This document shows, in pieces, positions 26,602-32,000 of a DNA stretch of 32,000 bases; position 1 is the first letter of the stretch, and every line of letters begins with the position of its first letter. The DNA comes from Pyrobaculum aerophilum str. IM2 (lineage in GTDB: Archaea; Thermoproteota; Thermoprotei; Thermoproteales; Thermoproteaceae), in NCBI RefSeq assembly GCF_000007225.1, contig NC_003364.1, forward strand, positions 2,040,001 to 2,072,000, given 5' to 3'. Under the pieces are notes generated by a model. The model did no database searches, was not told the DNA's origin, and was given only the letters and a program-made list of their open reading frames with translations. A program made the position numbers and the translations under genes.

Positions 26602-28667
26602 TAGGGAGGTCAGTAGTAGTAAAAAGCTATATAGAAGTCGCGCGTCATGTAGTACCAGAGTTCTGGGAGCCCAGCAGAGTTTTGGCTATTAGAAAAATGG
26701 CGCAGTCCTCAATGCCTGTAATTGATAGATTTGAGCCGGAGAGATATGGCAGACTGCTTGACAGAATGGCGTTTAAAGACTTAAGGCGGCGGGATTTAGA
26801 AGAGGCTTATGCGAAGGCTGATAAAATAGATATTGATATTGGAATTAAACTAGGCGGGGCAGAGCTTCAAATGCCTATATACGTGGGGGATATGTCCTTC
26901 GGGGCTTTGAGCGGTAACCCGAATATAGCAATTGCCAAAGCCGTCACTGAGGCGGGCGCCGTTGCCGGCATTGGAGAGGGCGGGCTACATCCCGAAGTGG
27001 CGAAATATAGAAACATAGTAGTGCAGTGGGCCTCTGCGCGTTTCGGCATGGATATGAATTTGTTAACGGCAGGCATCGCCGTTAATATAAAAATAGGGCA
27101 GGGGGCTAAGCCAGGTATTGGGGGGCATTTGCCGGGGAGGAAAGTTGTGGACATTATTGCCAAGTTAAGAAAAATACCAGTGGGAAGTGAGGCCATCTCT
27201 CCAGCACCCCATCACGATATTTATTCTATTGAGGACTTGGCGCAGAGAGTGAAGGCATTGCGCGATTTGACGAAAAAGCCAATTTTAGTAAAAGTGGCTG
27301 CGGTCAATAAAATACACTACGTATCTGTTGGAGTAGCCAGGTCTACGGCAAATGGGATAATAATTGACGGCGCGGGGGCGGGGACTGGGGCGACTCCAAT
27401 AGTGGCCAGGGACCACTTAGGAATTCCAATAGATATCGCAGTGCCAGTGGTAGATCAATGGATTAGAAAAGACGGGACTAGGGATGGATTTTTAATGATC
27501 GCCGGCGGCATGTTATATTCTCCTTTAGACGTGGCTAAGATAATTGCCCTCGGCGCCGATATGGCCAATTTAGGGACAGCGGCGTTGTTGGCAATGGGCT
27601 GTATAATGTGCCACGCTTGTCATACTGGGGGTTGCCCGACGGCTCTTACAAATATGATAGGATCGGGGAAGGAGTTAGACATCGAATGGGGCTCGGCTCT
27701 ATTACGTAATTACCTTCTGGCCGTATCCCGCGGGTTAAAAGCTGTGTTATACGCTTTGGGTATGTCGAGTATAAAAGAGCTTGTGGGACGGAGAGATTTT
27801 TTGCAAATACGCCACGTAGACGAGGAATTAGCCTCAGTCATAGGCGTGGAGCTGGCAGAGCCCGGCGAGACTGCTTGGCTTGATAAAAACCGGCGTGTGA
27901 TTTTCCCAAGGGAGTATTACGAAGGTGTTCATATTCCCATTATCGGCATGGGAGGCGTGGTGCCGGGGTATACCACTCCCGCGAGACGGCTACTCGACGT
28001 GTTGAGAATTGAGGCGGTACAAGTGACGAGGCCCTCCGTTGATCCGTATAGAGAAGACGTGGACGTATCTGTGAAATTCGGCCGCCTCGTGTTAGACACG
28101 CCGGTTGTGGTGCCCGCCATAGACGAAGCGGCTGAAGACGCTGCTTATATAATGGGCGCCGCCGTGTTGGGGGATAACTGTAAATATGAGGAATACTGTC
28201 TTGGTTCATTTAAACCGGCAATTACGCCGCCAGGAGAAATCGATATAGACTCAGGCGTAATTATTATAGACGAAAGGATGGGCGGAGAAAAGCCACTGGA
28301 GGCGGCAGTGGCCAGGCTCCATAGAAAATTAATGGAAACAGGCCGTAGGCGAGAGACTTTAATAGTCGCCGTAGGCGACCTATACAACGGAGCCGACATC
28401 TATAAACTAGCAGCACTAGGGGCCGATTTAGTGGCGCCGTTATCGGCTTTTCAACAAGTTGTGCAGAGGGTGAAAGATTTGCCGAAGGGAGAGAGGCGGC
28501 GGAGATATGAGAATTTAATAGCAAATTTGACAGCGGAGTTAAAAGTGTTAATGGGCGCAGGCGGCGTCACGAGTTATATGCACACTCTAGTAGGCAATTT
28601 AGACTTGTTGAGATCTCTAGATGGCAGAGTTGGGGAAATTTTAGGCGTTGAAATCGCCGGGAGGTAG
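26598..28667 (+). CDS. glutamate synthase FMN-binding (GltB domain 2-type) subunit with extra C-terminal domain
   Basis: Contains GDMSFGALS, IGQGAKPGIGGHLPGRKV, ISPAPHHDIYSIEDL and the Fe-S Cys motif GCIMCHACHTGGCP. An additional region of about 250-290 aa follows the barrel. Confidence 0.85.
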   Translation: MIGRSVVVKSYIEVARHVVPEFWEPSRVLAIRKMAQSSMPVIDRFEPERYGRLLDRMAFKDLRRRDLEEAYAKADKIDIDIGIKLGGAELQMPIYVGDMSFGALSGNPNIAIAKAVTEAGAVAGIGEGGLHPEVAKYRNIVVQWASARFGMDMNLLTAGIAVNIKIGQGAKPGIGGHLPGRKVVDIIAKLRKIPVGSEAISPAPHHDIYSIEDLAQRVKALRDLTKKPILVKVAAVNKIHYVSVGVARSTANGIIIDGAGAGTGATPIVARDHLGIPIDIAVPVVDQWIRKDGTRDGFLMIAGGMLYSPLDVAKIIALGADMANLGTAALLAMGCIMCHACHTGGCPTALTNMIGSGKELDIEWGSALLRNYLLAVSRGLKAVLYALGMSSIKELVGRRDFLQIRHVDEELASVIGVELAEPGETAWLDKNRRVIFPREYYEGVHIPIIGMGGVVPGYTTPARRLLDVLRIEAVQVTRPSVDPYREDVDVSVKFGRLVLDTPVVVPAIDEAAEDAAYIMGAAVLGDNCKYEEYCLGSFKPAITPPGEIDIDSGVIIIDERMGGEKPLEAAVARLHRKLMETGRRRETLIVAVGDLYNGADIYKLAALGADLVAPLSAFQQVVQRVKDLPKGERRRRYENLIANLTAELKVLMGAGGVTSYMHTLVGNLDLLRSLDGRVGEILGVEIAGR

Positions 28668-29006
28668 CGTTAAGAAATTATGCAAATAGTCTGTGAGAAG
28701 ATCGGCGCATTCCACGCACCGCCCCTGTCCGCTGAAATAACCCCCTTCTAGCTCATCTACGCATTGGAGGATCTCCAATGGGTGGCTTTCTGAGATTTTT
28801 AATAACAGCGATTTCAACGTCTTAACTACGGGGCCTGGGTAGTCTGGATCTAATCCCACAATTCCGCTTAAAAGGGCGGAAACGGCTTGATAGGCGTGAT
28901 AACAAGCAGATCTTCTATCTCCCATTTCCGCCGATTCCAACGCCGTGGCCATGTGAGAAATATGGCGTTGATACCATTTTAAATGAACCCCTCCCAGCCT
29001 CTCCAT
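28641..29006 (-). CDS. small helical protein, HEPN/PaREP1-like (tentative)
   Basis: 121-aa predicted helical bundle. The spacing ...A..SAE.GD.R.AC..A.QA...LL.GI.G... resembles HEPN-clan proteins, but no R-x4-6-H motif is present. TAATG overlap with the aminotransferase stop. Confidence 0.4.
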   Translation of the reverse strand: MERLGGVHLKWYQRHISHMATALESAEMGDRRSACYHAYQAVSALLSGIVGLDPDYPGPVVKTLKSLLLKISESHPLEILQCVDELEGGYFSGQGRCVECADLLTDYLHNFLTLPPGDFNA

Positions 29007-30160
29007 TACCTAAATGTCTCTATTGCTACCTCCACGGCTTTTCCAACTTGGACGTTGAAACCCAAGTCTCGCAACGCGGCTCCCAAGATGGAAATACTGG
29101 CGGCTATGGAATCTGCCGATGCTTGTATTCCCATGTGGCTAATACGCATTATTTCCCTCTCCAGCGGGCCCCAACTGCCGGCGAAAAGCACTCCGTACTT
29201 CTCCCAGATAAACCTCCGTAGCTCTGGTGACGGCAACGGAGTTTTAAAGGCAGTTGCCGTGGGACATGTGTCATCCACCCGCTCTATATATGGCTCTAAG
29301 CCAAGCGCCTCTATACCTGCCCTAAACGCTGCCCTGGCGGCTTTATGGCGTTGGAAGACAGACTCAAACCCCTCATTGTGTATTCTCTGTAAACTCTCCT
29401 TCAATGCGTATATCAAGACGTCAGACATCGTATAGGGAAAGCCGCCCTTTTCTAACCACTCTTCCCAAATCTGGTAGTTCATGTAAAAAGAGGGGCGTGC
29501 CACTTCTAAAGCCCTGTCCCAAGCCCTCTTGCTAATTGACAGTATAGTCAACCCTGGCGGCGCGTTTAAAGCCTTTTGCGACCCGCCTATTAGCACGTCA
29601 ACGCCCCAGTCATCTACTCTAATCTCATCTGCGGCTATAGAAGATACTGCATCTACGATTAAATAGGCCCCGTGGCTGGAGACTATTTTCGCAATTTCTC
29701 TTAAGTTATTATACACAGTAGAGGGCGTGTCGCAGTGGACTAAAGTGACTACTTCCACGTCTTTCTCTTTATCTAAAATTCTCTCTATGGCCGAGGGATC
29801 CGCCGACCTTCTCCAACTTAGCCCTGGGGTTATGGGATTTCCTCCGTACATTTTCACCAAATCCGCAAAGCCAGATCCGTATACTCCGTTATCTATTACA
29901 AGGACCTTTGTCCCCGGCCTTACGGCGTTGGCTAACGCCGCCTCTAAGCCAAGCATGGCCTCGCCGACCCATATGTATACTCGCGACTGCCACGCCCCAA
30001 GTAGGGGTCGCAACAATTCAATTACTTGTTTATACTCCTGGAAAAACTGAGGATCTAGATCCGGATTAGTGGTCTCCCTCACAAGAGCTGCCTTAACGCC
30101 GTGGGGTAACTCCGTCGGCCCCGGCGTGAGAATTCTGCGTTGGGCAAAGCGTTTAAACAC
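29006..30160 (-). CDS. class-V aminotransferase (AGXT/serine-pyruvate/alanine-glyoxylate family)
   Basis: N-terminal ILTPGPTELP, the PLP-lysine motif GGSQKALNAPPGL, and length (384 aa) fit the family. Confidence 0.9.
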   Translation of the reverse strand: MFKRFAQRRILTPGPTELPHGVKAALVRETTNPDLDPQFFQEYKQVIELLRPLLGAWQSRVYIWVGEAMLGLEAALANAVRPGTKVLVIDNGVYGSGFADLVKMYGGNPITPGLSWRRSADPSAIERILDKEKDVEVVTLVHCDTPSTVYNNLREIAKIVSSHGAYLIVDAVSSIAADEIRVDDWGVDVLIGGSQKALNAPPGLTILSISKRAWDRALEVARPSFYMNYQIWEEWLEKGGFPYTMSDVLIYALKESLQRIHNEGFESVFQRHKAARAAFRAGIEALGLEPYIERVDDTCPTATAFKTPLPSPELRRFIWEKYGVLFAGSWGPLEREIMRISHMGIQASADSIAASISILGAALRDLGFNVQVGKAVEVAIETFR

Positions 30161-30645
30161 TATTTCCTAAGATATGCAACTATAAATATTGCTAAGGCGA
30201 TTATTAGTGCAAATACGCCTAGTGCCGCTATGTAGACGCTTTGAGGATCCGCCTCTCTCACAATTTTAGTCTCTGTTACTGTATAAGTCTCGGTGACAGT
30301 CACCGGCCTAATTGCCGTCTCAGCGACAGTTTTAATAGCCGTAGAGGTTATTACCTCAGTGGCGGTAATTGTAGACGTTTTCGTCGTTGTTACGGTTATA
30401 GTTGCCGGCGCGTTGGACATGTTGCCGACAATTTCAACTTTCCAAGGCGAGGGGGCGGCCATGTGAAAAACTAGTTTTATGATATAGTCGTCGCATGGGT
30501 TCAAGCCCCGTATGGACAACGTCTTTGAGATCGTGTAGTTATTGCTGTGGAAAACAGCCGCTATAGTGTTAAACGTTATGGATCTAAGGGTTAAAACTGC
30601 GGTGGATCGCTGGTAAGAAGTAGTCCGGTTTAAGACGTATATCAT
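30160..30645 (-). CDS. Thr-rich, C-terminally membrane-anchored protein (hypothetical)
   Basis: Several N-x-S/T sequons are followed by a Thr/Val-rich stretch (TITVTTTKTSTITATEVITSTAIKTV...TVTETYTVTETK). A single C-terminal TM follows (VYIAALGVFALIIALAIFIVAYLRK). ATG 30645 gives an ATGA overlap with the upstream ORF; the track start is 30687. Confidence 0.5.
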   Translation of the reverse strand: MIYVLNRTTSYQRSTAVLTLRSITFNTIAAVFHSNNYTISKTLSIRGLNPCDDYIIKLVFHMAAPSPWKVEIVGNMSNAPATITVTTTKTSTITATEVITSTAIKTVAETAIRPVTVTETYTVTETKIVREADPQSVYIAALGVFALIIALAIFIVAYLRK

Positions 30646-30962
30646 CGGCGTCGCGCTACAAGTGGCGTTTCGAGGACCCACCCCCATATCTCAATTCTAT
30701 CAACCTCTACGCCGTTGTGATAAAGCACGAGCGCAACGGCGCTGGAGGCGTAGGGAATGGAACATATATTATACGCCTCTGTCCCGTTTCCCACGTTACA
30801 AGCTCCCTGCCAGCCGCCATCATACCAGTACAGCTTTAAGGCCCCGGCACCGCCGCTCACGTGCGCCCACACGTCGAGATACAGCCACTGCGGCTCCATA
30901 CAAAGGCATCGTTTCAGGACAATGACGGCGTTGTCAATATAAGGAGTGGCCGATAAAGACAT
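30642..30962 (-). CDS. hypothetical Trp/Cys-containing beta-rich protein
   Basis: 106-aa ORF (…LKLYWYDGGWQGACNVGNGTEAYNICSIPY…) with no recognisable family. It may be part of a disrupted larger gene (see findings). Confidence 0.4.
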   Translation of the reverse strand: MSLSATPYIDNAVIVLKRCLCMEPQWLYLDVWAHVSGGAGALKLYWYDGGWQGACNVGNGTEAYNICSIPYASSAVALVLYHNGVEVDRIEIWGWVLETPLVARRR

Positions 30963-31009
30963 AACTTAATATCAGTAGGAACAAAAGAGTCTTTACGCTT
31001 TGCAAGATG

Positions 31010-31219
31010 CTAATTTTTAAAAACTTGTAGTGCGTGTTCAATTTGATCCTCTAGGAACCACTCTAGTATATAGTCAAGCTTGTTAGCTAGGTACACGGCC
31101 TTTTTATACGCCTTTTCCCAAGAGGCGTATTTACCGATGAGCGCCCAGCCGTTTTCTACAATTTTGAATTTAGTTACGAGAACTCTTTCCTCTTTGGGAT
31201 TTAGATACACCCGGTACAT
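31010..31219 (-). CDS. small hypothetical protein (69 aa)
   Basis: The ORF reads MYRVYLNPKEERVLVTKFKIVENGWALIGKYASWEKAYKKAVYLANKLDYILEWFLEDQIEHALQVFKN. TTTTTAAAT lies about 20-30 nt upstream of ATG 31219. The N-terminal 67 codons of track ORF 31010-31420 overlap the MobA-like gene and look like out-of-frame noise. Confidence 0.4.
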   Translation of the reverse strand: MYRVYLNPKEERVLVTKFKIVENGWALIGKYASWEKAYKKAVYLANKLDYILEWFLEDQIEHALQVFKN

Positions 31220-31304
31220 ATACGTATACGTACACTGATTTAAAAAGCCGCGGTAATACGGCTTCCAATTATCTTCTGAGTATATTAAAACTTTTTGTTT
31301 ACTC

Positions 31305-32000
31305 TTACCGCGCTTTTTCGATGTCCACAGCGCTATAAATAGCCTCTGCAAGCACAGCGAATCCTCTGAAAATAGAGGAGAGATCCTTAGCCACATGAGC
31401 CGCCATTGAGAGAAGGCCAACTTCTACATACTTAAAGAACTCCTCCCGGAGGGGATCTACCTCCCCCCCGCCCAACCATTTAAACAACGGCGGATCGGGC
31501 CAGGAGAGGAGGATATCCCTTAGGAATACCTCTTCACCTAAGGTGACAGCCATCCCCTCTAAGTCAGCCGGCCTATTTACGTTAAGCAACCAGGCGGGCT
31601 CTATGCCGTGCTGAGCCGTCGAGAGGAATAAAGTGGGAGTTGTCCTAAACAAGTCGTCAAGTCTATTCCGCTTGTGTAAAGCCAAGGCGTTGAGTACGGG
31701 CTTAACCGCTTCGGGACTCGCCTTAAAAATAGTGGACTCGACACGGCCGTTTGGAAAGACCCATACGGCGACTGGGGCGCGGGCGCTGAGGAGATCCTCA
31801 AAAACCCTGGGCTTTACATTAGGAACGTCGCAGGGCGCGAATAAAAGTTCTTCATTAAACATATTTACGGCGGCATCAACCGCGGCCAAAGGCCCTGAGA
31901 ATCGGGCGCTGTCTTGTAAGATCCTCTCCCCGGGATATAGGGAGGCGTTATTGCCAGCGGCAATCACCACGCCATCGGCCACTTCTCTACCCGCCTCAAT
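31305..32000 (-). CDS. MobA-like nucleotidyltransferase-domain protein, 5'-truncated by the window edge
   Basis: ...DSARFSGPLAAVDAAV......LLFAPCDVPNVKPRVFEDLL resembles the MobA/MocA core (GPL.G....., aCD.P). The frame stays open to position 32000, so the listed GTG 31982 is probably internal. Confidence 0.45.
   Translation of the reverse strand: MEAGREVADGVVIAAGNNASLYPGERILQDSARFSGPLAAVDAAVNMFNEELLFAPCDVPNVKPRVFEDLLSARAPVAVWVFPNGRVESTIFKASPEAVKPVLNALALHKRNRLDDLFRTTPTLFLSTAQHGIEPAWLLNVNRPADLEGMAVTLGEEVFLRDILLSWPDPPLFKWLGGGEVDPLREEFFKYVEVGLLSMAAHVAKDLSSIFRGFAVLAEAIYSAVDIEKAR

Noticed and set aside
30497-30509. tRNA T-arm-like GGGTTCAAGCCCC.
   Set aside because: It lies inside a coding ORF, the flanks do not form acceptor, D or anticodon stems, and the T-stem would be only 3-4 bp.
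31220-31420. N-terminal 67 codons of track ORF 31010-31420 (MAFSQWRLMWLRISPLFSEDSLCLQRLF...).
   Set aside because: This part overlaps the 3' end of the MobA-like gene by up to 116 nt in another frame and has an atypical Trp/Leu/Arg-rich composition. The internal ATG 31219 with a TATA box at the right distance is a better start.
1-32000. Scan for CRISPR arrays, IS or transposase genes, integrases, and rRNA/tRNA genes.
   Set aside because: No regularly spaced direct repeats, no terminal inverted repeats flanking an ORF, no transposase- or integrase-like ORFs and no rRNA/tRNA signatures were seen by eye. A computational repeat or tRNA scan would be needed to exclude short or degenerate instances.

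Overview
This window looks like core chromosome from a hyperthermophilic crenarchaeon, probably Thermoproteales (Pyrobaculum/Thermoproteus-like). That placement is an inference from the archaeal-type PEP carboxylase, a tungsten AOR, a ROK hexokinase, adjacent uL15-SecY genes, and A/T-rich TATA boxes about 20-30 nt upstream of start codons (leaderless mRNAs). Gene content from left to right: (1) a BMP-family ABC uptake operon, with a Tat-signal binding protein, a tandem ATPase and a permease; (2) archaeal PEP carboxylase, an MBL-fold hydrolase and ThiI; (3) a glycogen/alpha-glucan cluster with a short GT35 phosphorylase, a GH57 enzyme, glycogen synthase and an NDP-sugar pyrophosphorylase. This cluster is interrupted by a heavily decayed archaeal AAA ATPase pseudogene and an aldehyde:ferredoxin oxidoreductase; (4) a DUF171/SPOUT methyltransferase, SecY, uL15 and a ROK glucokinase; (5) a dense nitrogen-assimilation cluster with gdhA, a frameshifted class-II amidotransferase coupled to glnA, and an unusually organised two-gene archaeal glutamate synthase; (6) a tightly overlapping minus-strand gene chain with a class-V aminotransferase, a HEPN/PaREP1-like protein and small Thr-rich/Cys-rich proteins; (7) a partial MobA-like gene at the right edge. 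I found no rRNA, tRNA, CRISPR array or mobile element. I see no convincing, wholly novel multi-gene system. The best second-look items are: a gene split exactly at an A-AAA-AAG -1 slippery heptamer, the atypical GOGAT domain architecture, two unannotated C/D box sRNA candidates with their own promoters, and a small E/K-rich ORF on a 55-nt homopurine tract. All calls rest on reading the sequence and remembered family motifs; no searches were run.
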